A program made the translations under genes and the position numbers. A stretch of DNA of 64,000 bases from Candidatus Latescibacterota bacterium. Its GTDB lineage: Bacteria > Latescibacterota > UBA2968 > GCA-2709665. Below the pieces are notes generated by a model. It saw nothing but the letters and a program-made list of their open reading frames with translations. It was not told the DNA's origin and did not search any database. This document shows positions 28,329-37,715 of the stretch, in pieces; position 1 is the first letter of the stretch, and every line of letters starts with the position of its first letter. The stretch covers positions 3,072,001 to 3,136,000 of the forward strand of contig OZ241917.1 of the NCBI GenBank assembly GCA_965203805.1, read 5' to 3'.

Positions 28329-28546
28329 TTGATCGAGACGCTCCCGCCCTCTTTCTGCTCCTGCCGGGGGCGCGACGCCATCGGCATCGCGCGGAAGCGC
28401 GGGCGTACACAAACCGGAATGTCAGGCATACATGACGCAACGACACATTTGCGATGTCCGAAGTCCCTCCGCGTGAGCATTCCGGGGCGAGTGCCGCCAT
28501 CCGATCCCATCTTCGGTCTCGCCGTTTCCCAGGGAGAAGAGAGAGT

Positions 28547-28855
28547 ATGATGATCAACACGTCACGACGACGCCCGAACCTCGAACGGGTTCGACGCATC
28601 AAAAAGGCATTGCGCGAAGCGCTGAGACTCTCCAATGACGCGACGGTTACGGTCACGGAACTGGCTTGTCTCGAAGAAGGCTGCGCACCCGTCGAAACCG
28701 TGATCGGCCTGCTTCGGCCCGATGCGCCACAGCTTCAGTACAAGCTGCACAAACCCATGGACGCCGTTGACGCCAAGGACCTGGTCCAGGTCTGCAAGGC
28801 ATGGGGATTCGACGTCCGAATGCCCATACTCGCACATCTGCTCCGGGAGAACTAG
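28547..28855 (+). CDS. Small CobW-associated protein with a C-x3-G-C-x-P-x-ET motif
   Basis: VTELACLEEGCAPVETVIGLL...YKLHKP. Confidence 0.75.
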   Translation: MMINTSRRRPNLERVRRIKKALREALRLSNDATVTVTELACLEEGCAPVETVIGLLRPDAPQLQYKLHKPMDAVDAKDLVQVCKAWGFDVRMPILAHLLREN

Positions 28856-29069
28856 TGTTCTGTCCCGGAAATAAGTTGCCTGAATTCGGCCGTCGAGTCG
28901 CCCGGCTCGCATCCTTCGACAGGCTCTGGACCCAGCGCCAGAGCGCAGGCGACCTGGCCAGGTCGGCGAGCGATGGCAACGCTGCGAGACGGGATGAATC
29001 GGCCTGCCTGCAGCGCAGGGCACTGCGCAGGCAGGCGGAAGAATGGTGAGGTATTTTTGGGACAGGACA
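28856..29069. mobile_element. MITE family B (214 bp) carrying REP-like pieces
   Basis: TIRs TGTTCTGTCCCGGAAATA / TATTTTTGGGACAGGACA; flanks CTAG (28852-55) and CCAG (29070-73). Confidence 0.75.
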
Positions 29070-29073
29070 CCAG

Positions 29074-29460
29074 ATGAACACGCCGCGAAAAGTACCTGTT
29101 TCCATCCTCACCGGCTTCCTCGGCTCCGGCAAGACGACCCTGCTCAACCGGATCTTAAGTGAGGAGCACGGCAAGCGCATGGCCGTGATCGAGAGGGACG
29201 GCGACGTCGATCCCAACAGGCTCAACGCCTGGCTTGCCATACTGCTCGGTGAGCGCGGTGTGGACATCTTCCGAATGAAGGGCTTTATCAGCCTCGCAGG
29301 CGAGTCACGTCGCTTCGTCTTCCAGGGGGTACACATGCTCTTTGACGGCCAGCCGGATCGCGAATGGGGGGACGCGCCCCGCCGCAATCAGCTCGTCTTC
29401 ATCGGCCGCAACCTCGATGAGCAGAGCATGCGGCAGGGGTTCGAAGCATGTCTGATTTGA
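29074..29460 (+). pseudogene. CobW/COG0523 GTPase with a large in-frame internal deletion
   Basis: [27 protein letters not shown] joined directly to CobW_C ([19 protein letters not shown]); CxCC and the other G motifs are absent. Confidence 0.85.
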
Positions 29461-30488
29461 ATTTCGACAGGCCGAGGGGCGTTCTTCGCCGGGGCTGGTC
29501 CGCGGCGGTCGGCGACTACGCTATCGCCGGGGGTTGGTGCCTGCGCGGTGAGGCGCTGATGGTCGGTGACGCTGCGGGTGGCGTTTATGCATTCGACGGC
29601 AAATCCGGCGCGATCGCCTGGGAGCGGAGGGGGGTTCATGACGGCGGTGTGCTCGCGGTGGCGGTCCACCCGGACGGAACCGCGGTCGCTACGGCCGGCC
29701 AGGACGGCCGAATCTTGATCTGGAGCGCCGCCGATGGTCAGGTACGCGCGGCTGTCGACGTCGGAAGCGGTTGGGTAGAAAACGCGGCGTGGTCGCCGGA
29801 CGGACAGTGGTTGGCGGCCTCCTGCTCCCGGCAGGTTCGCGCGTATGGTGCGGATGGAGTGGAAGTCTGGCGATCTGATGATCATCCCAGCACCGTCAGC
29901 GCGATCGCGTGGTCGAGCGCAGGGGAGCTGGCGACGGCCTGTTACGGTCGAGTGACGTTCTTCGACGCGGCCACCGGCGAGCCACGCCAGAAGCTGGAGT
30001 GGCAGGGCTCCCTGGTGTCAATGGTACTGAGTTCGGACTGTGATATCGTGGCCTGCGGCAGCCAGGACAATTCGGTTCACTTCTGGCGTCGCTCCACGGA
30101 GCTGGACTCGACGATGTCAGGATACCCTGCCAAGCCGTCGGCCCTGGCTTTCGATGACACCGGCACCCTCCTGGCCACCGGCGGCGGGGAGGCGGTGACG
30201 GTCTGGAGCTTCCGCGGACGTGGCCCCGAAGGCACGCGGCCCGGCGTTCTGGAGCTTCATGTTCAACCCGTCACAACGCTTGCCTTCGCTCGCCGCGCGA
30301 TGCGCCTGGCATCGGGAGGCCGCGACCGTGCCGTGGTTGTGTGGTCGCTTCAGAGAGATGGAGAAGGCAGTCCGATAGGGGTCGCGGTTGTGGGGGGCGC
30401 ACTGGCCGAATTGTACTGGCGGCCAGACGGCCGCGCGCTTGCCGCGCTCGACGCGCTGGGTGGCGTGACGGTTTGGCGGATAGGATGA
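29448..30488 (+). CDS. WD40-repeat protein (CobW-associated)
   Basis: [37 protein letters not shown]. Confidence 0.9.
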   Translation: MSDLNFDRPRGVLRRGWSAAVGDYAIAGGWCLRGEALMVGDAAGGVYAFDGKSGAIAWERRGVHDGGVLAVAVHPDGTAVATAGQDGRILIWSAADGQVRAAVDVGSGWVENAAWSPDGQWLAASCSRQVRAYGADGVEVWRSDDHPSTVSAIAWSSAGELATACYGRVTFFDAATGEPRQKLEWQGSLVSMVLSSDCDIVACGSQDNSVHFWRRSTELDSTMSGYPAKPSALAFDDTGTLLATGGGEAVTVWSFRGRGPEGTRPGVLELHVQPVTTLAFARRAMRLASGGRDRAVVVWSLQRDGEGSPIGVAVVGGALAELYWRPDGRALAALDALGGVTVWRIG

Positions 30489-30767
30489 ACAGAGGCCGGA
30501 ATTGCCCTGCCCAAACATCTCCAACTCGATCCTGGAGCTCAAGACGCATTCGCCGCCGGCGCAACGCCTCTCCTTTTTCTACTGAAAATAGTACTTGCCC
30601 CTGAGAAAAAGTATCACATGATTCTAAGGGAAACAACTGAAACGATATCTGAATCAATTTCTCGCAGGTATGGTAGAGCATCTTCTGAATCGCCGCTGTA
30701 CACTTTGTGCTTTTTGCAGCCGACCTGACGGATATCTTTTTCGAATTGAGGATAATCGGAGACTGCG

Positions 30768-31430
30768 ATGTCACTTCTGACAGTCGCGAACCTCGAAAAG
30801 GCTTATGCTTCACCTGATGGTTCACAGAGCCGCATCATCGATGTTCCCCATTTTGAGATAGACGCTGGAAAACAGATTGCGCTCAGAGGGAGCAGTGGTG
30901 CTGGAAAAACGACGTTTCTGAATCTGATCTCCGGGATTCTACAAGCCGATAACGGAAGCATTGTGCTCGCTGACGTGGAGATGACTGCTCTCTCAGAATC
31001 CGAGCGGGACAGGTTACGTGCCCACTGCATCGGGTATATTTTCCAAACCTTCAATCTACTGGCTGGCTACACAGCTTTAGAGAACGTTATGCTCGGAACG
31101 CTGTTCGGAAAAGGAACCGACGCCAATTTCGCCCAACATCTGCTTGAACGGGTCGGACTTGGCGATCGAATGCAGTATCGCCCTTCGCAGCTATCGGTCG
31201 GGCAGCAACAACGTGTTGCGGTTGCCCGCGCCGTAGCCAATCGACCCCGGCTCGTACTCGCCGATGAACCGACCGGCAATCTGGATTATCATCATGCCAA
31301 CGAAGCGGTAACTCTCATCCGTGAAATCTGCGACGAAAACAGTGCAGCGCTGCTTATCGTCAGCCACGACTCGAGTGTTCTGGGCCAATTTGAGGAGGCA
31401 ATGGATTTCGCACAGGTAAATCGCGTATAA
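30768..31430 (+). CDS. ABC transporter ATP-binding protein (LolD/ZrgB-like)
   Basis: GSSGAGKTT, LSVGQQQRV, LADEPTGNLD. Confidence 0.92.
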   Translation: MSLLTVANLEKAYASPDGSQSRIIDVPHFEIDAGKQIALRGSSGAGKTTFLNLISGILQADNGSIVLADVEMTALSESERDRLRAHCIGYIFQTFNLLAGYTALENVMLGTLFGKGTDANFAQHLLERVGLGDRMQYRPSQLSVGQQQRVAVARAVANRPRLVLADEPTGNLDYHHANEAVTLIREICDENSAALLIVSHDSSVLGQFEEAMDFAQVNRV

Positions 31431-31555
31431 CGTAAGGAGAACCCGCCCGCAACCCGGTTTCTGTTGCACGGGTTTGAGACATGAGTTCCGTTGTATCAAG
31501 CATCAATACAAACGGTCACCTGTGTAAGAAATGGAGAAATGTGTTTGAGTCGAAA

Positions 31556-32821
31556 ATGAAAAAACGGATCGGGTTGTTATTCATCGTTCAACGCAGTCTT
31601 CGACAACACGCGCTTTCGACCGTCATCACAACATTGTCAATCGCGCTCGGTACGGGACTGGTGATGGCGGTTATCGCCATCAGAGCGCAATCCGTCTCGG
31701 CATTCACGGGCGGTCCGATTGGGTTCGATGCGGTCCTGGGGGCACGCGGCAGTCCGTTGCAATTGGTGCTGAACACCGTATTTCATCTCGAAACCTCGCC
31801 GGGGAATATCCCCTGGACGATGTATCAAGCGGTGAAAAACGATCCGCGTGTCGAGCTCGCCATACCTTACGCGCTTGGAGACAATTATTACGGATTCCGT
31901 ATCGTCGGTACGACGGTGGAGTTGTTCACGGAGTTTGAATACCGCAAAGGGGTACGATTTCGGACGCGTGGGGATGGACGTTTCTTCGATCCCAACCGGC
32001 AGGAAGCCGTCCTTGGCAGCTATGCCGCACAAAAGTTGAACTTAAACGTGGGGGAAACGTTTCAACCGTATCACGGCCTGGTGTTCGATGAATCCATGAG
32101 GCATGATGAACAATATGTCGTTGTTGGTGTGCTCGAAGCGACCAATTCACCCTCCGACCGTGTCATCTGGATTCCAATCGAGGGCGTTTATCGACTGGAG
32201 GGACATGTGTTGCGTGGCGGAGGTGAAGAATATGTCGCCCAACCCGGTCGGGAGATCCCCGACGCACACAAAGAGGTCAGCGCAGTCATGCTGAAATTTC
32301 GAAATCCGCAGATCGGTTTCATGATGGATGCAATGATCAACAAACAGGGGAAGGCGGCAACGTTGGCGTGGCCCATCGGATCTGTGATGGCTGGCCTGTT
32401 CGACAAAATCGGTTGGATGAAACAGATCCTGTCTCTCGTTTCTTATCTGGTCGTCCTTGTTGCAGCGGGTTCAATTCTCGCAAGCATCTACAACTCAATC
32501 AACGAACGGCGGCGCGAGTTCGCCATCCTTCGATCACTTGGCGCACGCCGTGAAACGGTGTTTACGGTAATTGTGTTGGAAGCTGCATCGATCGCGGCGC
32601 TGGGGGTCATCATTGGATTTATGGTTTACGGTGCGATTTTCACCTCGGCATCAGCAATTGTCCGCGCCCAGACGGGTATCGTCCTGGACCTGTTGAAATT
32701 TCATCTCGCGTTCGTACTCGTGCCCGTGTGCGTCATACTTCTGGGTGTGATTGCTGGCATTGTGCCCGCATTCAAGGCGTATCAGACGGATGTTGCAACG
32801 AATCTAACACCCATAAGCTAA
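31556..32821 (+). CDS. ABC transporter permease, FtsX/MacB type (ZrgC-like)
   Basis: GARGSPLQLVLNTVFH, IPYALGDNYYGFRIVGT, ERRREFAILRSLGA. Confidence 0.9.
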   Translation: MKKRIGLLFIVQRSLRQHALSTVITTLSIALGTGLVMAVIAIRAQSVSAFTGGPIGFDAVLGARGSPLQLVLNTVFHLETSPGNIPWTMYQAVKNDPRVELAIPYALGDNYYGFRIVGTTVELFTEFEYRKGVRFRTRGDGRFFDPNRQEAVLGSYAAQKLNLNVGETFQPYHGLVFDESMRHDEQYVVVGVLEATNSPSDRVIWIPIEGVYRLEGHVLRGGGEEYVAQPGREIPDAHKEVSAVMLKFRNPQIGFMMDAMINKQGKAATLAWPIGSVMAGLFDKIGWMKQILSLVSYLVVLVAAGSILASIYNSINERRREFAILRSLGARRETVFTVIVLEAASIAALGVIIGFMVYGAIFTSASAIVRAQTGIVLDLLKFHLAFVLVPVCVILLGVIAGIVPAFKAYQTDVATNLTPIS

Positions 32822-32879
32822 TGCAAACCGTACTGTACAACAGCAACGTCAATCCAATGGTTTAGAAAGGGACATTATC

Positions 32880-33413
32880 ATGAAAATCCAAAGAAAATCC
32901 TTGATATGGACGGCAATTCTAGCGGTCTTTATTGCTCACGTCAGTTGCGAAAAAGAGGGGGAACATCGCCGCGAACATGAGGAAACACACGAAAACGAAG
33001 CACATCATGAACATATTGCGCCTCACGGTGGGACATTGGTTGTTATTGGCGATGAGTTCGCGCACATTGAGTTTGTGCTGGACCAGACAACGGGAAAACT
33101 AACTGGCTACCTGCTTGACGGTGAAGCGGAAAAGTCAGTGAGACTCTCACAGAAGACAATCGAACTCAAGGTACATCGAGAAGATAGCGGCGCCGAATTT
33201 ACTTTGCAGCTTTCAGCGATGGCAAACGTCCTGACCGGAGAGACCGAAGGCGACACCTCCCAATTCGAAGCCCATTCGGACGCACTAAAGGGGGCATCGG
33301 AATTTCACGCAGAGATTGTCTCGATAGAAGTAATGGGTCAGGCGTTCACTCATATTGACTTTGAGTTTCCAGAAGGCAACGAGGCAACGGACAGTAAGCA
33401 TGGTGGACATTAG
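32880..33413 (+). CDS. His-rich putative metal-binding lipoprotein
   Basis: Signal ending HVSC; EHRREHEETHENEAHHEHIAPHGG; FPEGNE..HGGH. Confidence 0.82.
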   Translation: MKIQRKSLIWTAILAVFIAHVSCEKEGEHRREHEETHENEAHHEHIAPHGGTLVVIGDEFAHIEFVLDQTTGKLTGYLLDGEAEKSVRLSQKTIELKVHREDSGAEFTLQLSAMANVLTGETEGDTSQFEAHSDALKGASEFHAEIVSIEVMGQAFTHIDFEFPEGNEATDSKHGGH

Positions 33414-33604
33414 CCTTAATGCGACAAAATCAGCAACGCGGCGTCGCGACGAAGCCTTTCGAATTGGGCCGAAAAGGTGGTCCGGAAGGACATTTTTTCC
33501 GTTCACGCCCGGTGACCTGAAGCATCATAGAAATCAGCAGTTAAATCGCCTTTATTCACTTGCACATTTTCGAATTAACGTCCCCGTAAAGTGACGAATC
33601 AAAG
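33414..33604 (-). mobile_element. MITE family A, copy 3 (191 bp, TTAG target duplication)
   Basis: TTAG at 33410-13 (contains the gene stop) and 33605-08; internal homology to copy 1. Confidence 0.88.
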
Positions 33605-33625
33605 TTAGTCAGGAGATTGAGAAAT

Positions 33626-34726
33626 ATGGTTAGCGTATTCTCCTTTTGCGGATCATGTTTTGCCTTTTTTGCAACGGTTCTTGGGTTAATCCTCGGGATA
33701 TCCGGCTTTGCCTCCGCTCAAGACGATCCGTCTGCGAAGTCAAAAACATTCACGCTGGACAAAGAGAGAAGCGCGTTCATGTTTGGAGGCAGTCAGTTCA
33801 GGGCAACAACCGATCGTATCAATGGAAGTATCGTACTCGACCCCGATGCGTTGCATAAGACGTTCAAGGCGATCTTCCAGCTTGATATGAAACGTCTGCA
33901 AATGCAGACCGGCATGGATAGGGGGGCGCAGAAGGTCTGGTGGAACGCTGATATTTACCCGCAAGCTATCCTTCGGATTGAAAGCCTGAATGTTGCGGAG
34001 GATGCCCGGCTGGTCGATGCATTACCCATCATTGCTGATGCCGACGCGACCTTTGAGTTCCACGGTGTCAGGAGGCCGGTAGAATTGAACGAGTTGCGAT
34101 TCACCTTTTTTTCAAGAAGCAGTCGGTTTGCCCAATGGTTACCCGGCGAGGTCCTGCGGCTCGTCGGCGATTTTGAAATCCAATCCGCGGACTTCAGGAT
34201 CAAAGCAGAGCCGGAATTGACCGCTCCAATACCGATCGACTTTGTTCTGTTTGCTATTGATAGCACCGCCGCTGATGCCGGCCCTACCGAGATGATTGGT
34301 GATTACTTACGCGTCCCATTCAGTTTCTTGAGTGATTACTGGCTGGATGAGCCGGATTGGAGGCAGTTGGAAGATTCGGAATACGTCAGTTCGCTCTCTT
34401 ACGACACCGAGATCCCCGATAAGGTGAAGCAACTCGATGAGAAAAAGGTCGCAATCACTGGATTTATGCTTCCTATCGACGTTGACGAGGGAAATGTGAA
34501 ACGGCTCCTGTTGCTCAAGTCAACAATGTCGTGCTGTTTCGGCGTTGCACCACGTATCAATGAGGTTATCTACGTTGAAACCTCAAAAAAGCAGAAAGTT
34601 CGAACGGTGATGGACATGCCAATCACCGTTTTCGGTAAACTCTCAGTCGGTCAGCAGTTTCGGGAGGACTTGATGCTGATGGGCGTTTATCAATTGGAGT
34701 TGGATGAGGTAAAACGTGCACGATAA
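33626..34726 (+). CDS. Secreted YceI-like + DUF3299 (ZrgD-like) fusion
   Basis: N-part FTLDKERS..YPQAILRI..FEFHGVRRPV..DFRI; C-part KKVAITGFMLP..SCCFGVAPRINEVIYV. Confidence 0.75.
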   Translation: MVSVFSFCGSCFAFFATVLGLILGISGFASAQDDPSAKSKTFTLDKERSAFMFGGSQFRATTDRINGSIVLDPDALHKTFKAIFQLDMKRLQMQTGMDRGAQKVWWNADIYPQAILRIESLNVAEDARLVDALPIIADADATFEFHGVRRPVELNELRFTFFSRSSRFAQWLPGEVLRLVGDFEIQSADFRIKAEPELTAPIPIDFVLFAIDSTAADAGPTEMIGDYLRVPFSFLSDYWLDEPDWRQLEDSEYVSSLSYDTEIPDKVKQLDEKKVAITGFMLPIDVDEGNVKRLLLLKSTMSCCFGVAPRINEVIYVETSKKQKVRTVMDMPITVFGKLSVGQQFREDLMLMGVYQLELDEVKRAR

Positions 34727-34906
34727 ACAGGACAACCCGAAATCACAATAAAGCAATCACGTACTCCCGGTGCGCACGTGACTGCTTTCGACAACGTTCC
34801 GTTCCGGGCGCCCTGTTTCCGGCCGTATCGAGAACGCTGAATTTCCATCCCTATCACCGGGGAGATTTGATCCCCTCCCGCCTAAAATCCCCTAAACCGG
34901 TCTTCC

Positions 34907-35716
34907 ATGTTCGGAATCGCCCAGATCCACTGGAGTGCCGACCCCGAGATTTTCCGCATTGGTCCGGTCGTCCTGCGCTGGTACAGCCTGTGCTTTCTTG
35001 TCACCTTCGTCCTCGGCTATTTCACAATGCGCCGAATGTTCCGGTTCGAAGGGAAACCCGCGAAGGATCTGGACAGCCTGGTAAACCATATGGTTCTCGG
35101 CACCCTCATCGGCGCACGCCTGGGACATTGTCTGTTCTACGATCCCGCGTTCTACCTGACAAACCCGATCGAGATCTTCAAGATCTGGCGAGGCGGCCTC
35201 GCCAGCCACGGCGCAGCCATCGGCATTTTTACCGCACTCTATCTGTACGCCCGAAACCGGCCGGATCAATCCTATCTCTGGATACTTGACCGTGTCGTCG
35301 TAACGGCTGCCCTTGGCGGGTTCTTCATCCGTATCGGCAACTTCTTCAACTCCGAAATATACGGCATCCCGACCGAGTTGCCCTGGGCGGTCGTCTTTTC
35401 CCACATCGATGCGGTCCCGAGGCATCCGGCGCAACTCTATGAATCGCTCGCCTACGGACTGATTTTCCTCCTCCTCTTCGCGGTCTATTCGGGACAGCGC
35501 GCCCGGACGCCGTCCGGAATGCTCCTCGGCCTCTTCCTCGTAACCGTGTTTTCATTCCGGGTGGTGGTCGAGTTCGTCAAGGTCCGTCAGGCCGCTTACG
35601 GCCACGGCTTCCCCCTCAGCGTGGGGCAGTGGCTCAGCCTCCCGCTCATCATCCTGGGCATCGTCCTTCTCGTAAACGCACGAAAGCGGTCCGGCACGAA
35701 AGCTCCCACCCCGTAG
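34907..35716 (+). CDS. lgt: Prolipoprotein diacylglyceryl transferase
   Basis: LRWYSL, GARLGHCLFY, GGLASHG, RIGNFFNSE, RHPAQLYE. Confidence 0.95.
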   Translation: MFGIAQIHWSADPEIFRIGPVVLRWYSLCFLVTFVLGYFTMRRMFRFEGKPAKDLDSLVNHMVLGTLIGARLGHCLFYDPAFYLTNPIEIFKIWRGGLASHGAAIGIFTALYLYARNRPDQSYLWILDRVVVTAALGGFFIRIGNFFNSEIYGIPTELPWAVVFSHIDAVPRHPAQLYESLAYGLIFLLLFAVYSGQRARTPSGMLLGLFLVTVFSFRVVVEFVKVRQAAYGHGFPLSVGQWLSLPLIILGIVLLVNARKRSGTKAPTP

Positions 35717-35916
35717 GGATGGCGAAACCACCGGTACTATTCCCGAATCTCTCTGTAGAACGACACACAAAACGCAGGATTTTAATTTATAAATGCGCGA
35801 TATTTGATGGATTATTATTGTGTTGCGTTATCCAGGCTCAAAAGCCGTTAAATGGTGCGGGGTTCCGAGACCCTGAACGGGCCTCGACGGCGGGCTCATT
35901 CGCTGTCCTGCGGGAT

Positions 35917-36028
35917 CTGGTGTGTCATCGTGGAAATACCTCACCATTCTTTCGGTTTTCCAGATCTTATCCTGTCCATCCTGCCTGCCTGTGCCGTGCC
36001 CGGCACGGCAGACAGGTCCATCCATGTT
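35917..36028. repeat. Composite: MITE-B end remnant plus an ATCCTGTCC repeat interrupted by a CCTGCCTG...CAGACAGG hairpin
   Basis: AAATACCTCACCATTCT (35934-50) is the exact reverse complement of 29040-56; hairpin at 35984-36016. Confidence 0.65.
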
Positions 36029-36071
36029 TGTTTCGGTTTCTTTTAATCGAGTTACAGAAAGGTGGGATCCC

Positions 36072-36827
36072 ATGAACTCGTATGCGGCCGTGGCCGGCAT
36101 GCTGCAGAAGTCCCTCAACCTTGCCCTTCCGCCGGTTGCCGTCTGTATTTCGGACGCAGTGCCTGAAGGCGTACCGGAATACGATGGCCGGGCGCCTGCC
36201 GGCTGTCTGTTCTGGCAGGAGGCGGAAAAAGGCCCCTTTTCCACCCGGACTTCCCATCACGAACTGTGCGCCATCGGCGTACATACGCACCAGATGGCCA
36301 ACCCACCGGCCTCGTACGAAGCGGAACTGGGCGACGTTCTGAAAACCATGGCCGGGATGGATTACGTTCGCGAAGAGGACGTGATGGAGATCCCGGTGCT
36401 GGAGAACAAAACCAGGCACGTCATCTACGCCCCTTTGGACAAAACGCCGCTCGAACCGGCCGTGGTCCTTCTCTTCGCCCATTCGGCACAGAGCTTGATC
36501 ATTACAGAAGCCGTCCAGCAGGTCGAACCGGCCGTTCCACCCGCTATGGGCAGGCCCGCATGCGCCGTGGTTCCCCATGCCGTCAACACCGGACGCGCCG
36601 CGCTCAGCCTGGGCTGCTGCGGCGCAAGGGCATACCTGGATGCCCTCACGGACGACGTCGCCGTGTGGGCGCTGCCTGGCGACAAGGTACATCTGTACGC
36701 AGCCCGCATCGACGTTTTCGCCAGGGCCAACAACGTCCTTGGCCAATTCCATTCCCTGCGTAGAAAAGACGTGGAGGACGGGCTTGAGCCCACGGTTGCC
36801 GAGTCACTTTCACGGTTGGAAAGCTGA
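36072..36827 (+). CDS. DUF169 family protein
   Basis: AGCLFW, HELCAIG, GRPACAVVP, SLGCCGAR. Confidence 0.75.
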   Translation: MNSYAAVAGMLQKSLNLALPPVAVCISDAVPEGVPEYDGRAPAGCLFWQEAEKGPFSTRTSHHELCAIGVHTHQMANPPASYEAELGDVLKTMAGMDYVREEDVMEIPVLENKTRHVIYAPLDKTPLEPAVVLLFAHSAQSLIITEAVQQVEPAVPPAMGRPACAVVPHAVNTGRAALSLGCCGARAYLDALTDDVAVWALPGDKVHLYAARIDVFARANNVLGQFHSLRRKDVEDGLEPTVAESLSRLES

Positions 36828-36944
36828 CCCGCGACACCAGATTTGCGCCGCGCAACTCTTTCGCTTGAAACGGCACACTTGCATGGTATATTGAGAGCAA
36901 TTCCCGCATCCACGGACTCACCTTCACTTCAGACGGAATCCCCG

Positions 36945-37667
36945 ATGCGTTCCACATCGAAAGAACGGACGCTGGACCTGCGCGAAAAAGGCAAACCCAT
37001 CAACGGACAGATGCAGGCCAGCAACCGACGGCTCTATATGCAGCTGCACGTGTTCGGAAACTGCGCGTGCACGCAGACAATTGCCGACGGGCTCGGCGAA
37101 TCCGGCGTCGAAGCCGTCCTGTACGCGGACCTGAACGATCCGTCCGGTGTCGGCATTCTCACGCTGTCCGAGTCTCCGGGAGCCTTTACGGGGGAAATCC
37201 GCACATTGTTGAGCTCCCGTCCCTTCGCCGAGCTTCAACGCCATCCCGATCTTACCATGTTCGGAAGGACCTACGCGCACGGGTACGAGCCCGATCTTGA
37301 CGAGACGCTGCTGAAAAAACCGCGCCGCAAGGTCCTGAATCCGGCCTGGCCCTGGGCCGTGTGGTATCCGTTGCGACGCAAGCCCGAATTCGGACTGCTG
37401 TCGGGCGAGGAACTGCGCGGGATCCTGGGTGAACACGCCAGAATCGGACGGACCTACGCCGAGGCCGGATTTGCCCAGGACATCCGCCTGGCCTGCTATG
37501 GCCTTGACCGCAATGACAATGACTTCGTCATCGGCCTGCTGGGTCCCGATTTGCATCCGCTCTCGCACGTTGTCCAGGAAATGCGCAAGACCCGGCAGAC
37601 TGCGCAATACGTTCAGTCTCTGGGACCGTTTTTCGTGGGTAAAGCCATCTGGCAAGCTCCTCTATGA
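36945..37667 (+). CDS. Chlorite dismutase / coproheme decarboxylase (HemQ/ChdC) family
   Basis: WYPLRRK..EHARIG..DIRLACYGLDRNDNDFVIGL..GPFFVG. Confidence 0.82.
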   Translation: MRSTSKERTLDLREKGKPINGQMQASNRRLYMQLHVFGNCACTQTIADGLGESGVEAVLYADLNDPSGVGILTLSESPGAFTGEIRTLLSSRPFAELQRHPDLTMFGRTYAHGYEPDLDETLLKKPRRKVLNPAWPWAVWYPLRRKPEFGLLSGEELRGILGEHARIGRTYAEAGFAQDIRLACYGLDRNDNDFVIGLLGPDLHPLSHVVQEMRKTRQTAQYVQSLGPFFVGKAIWQAPL

Positions 37668-37715
37668 CACTGATGAAGAGACACAAAGAGGAATATTGAC
37701 CCTCGACAGGCCGAC

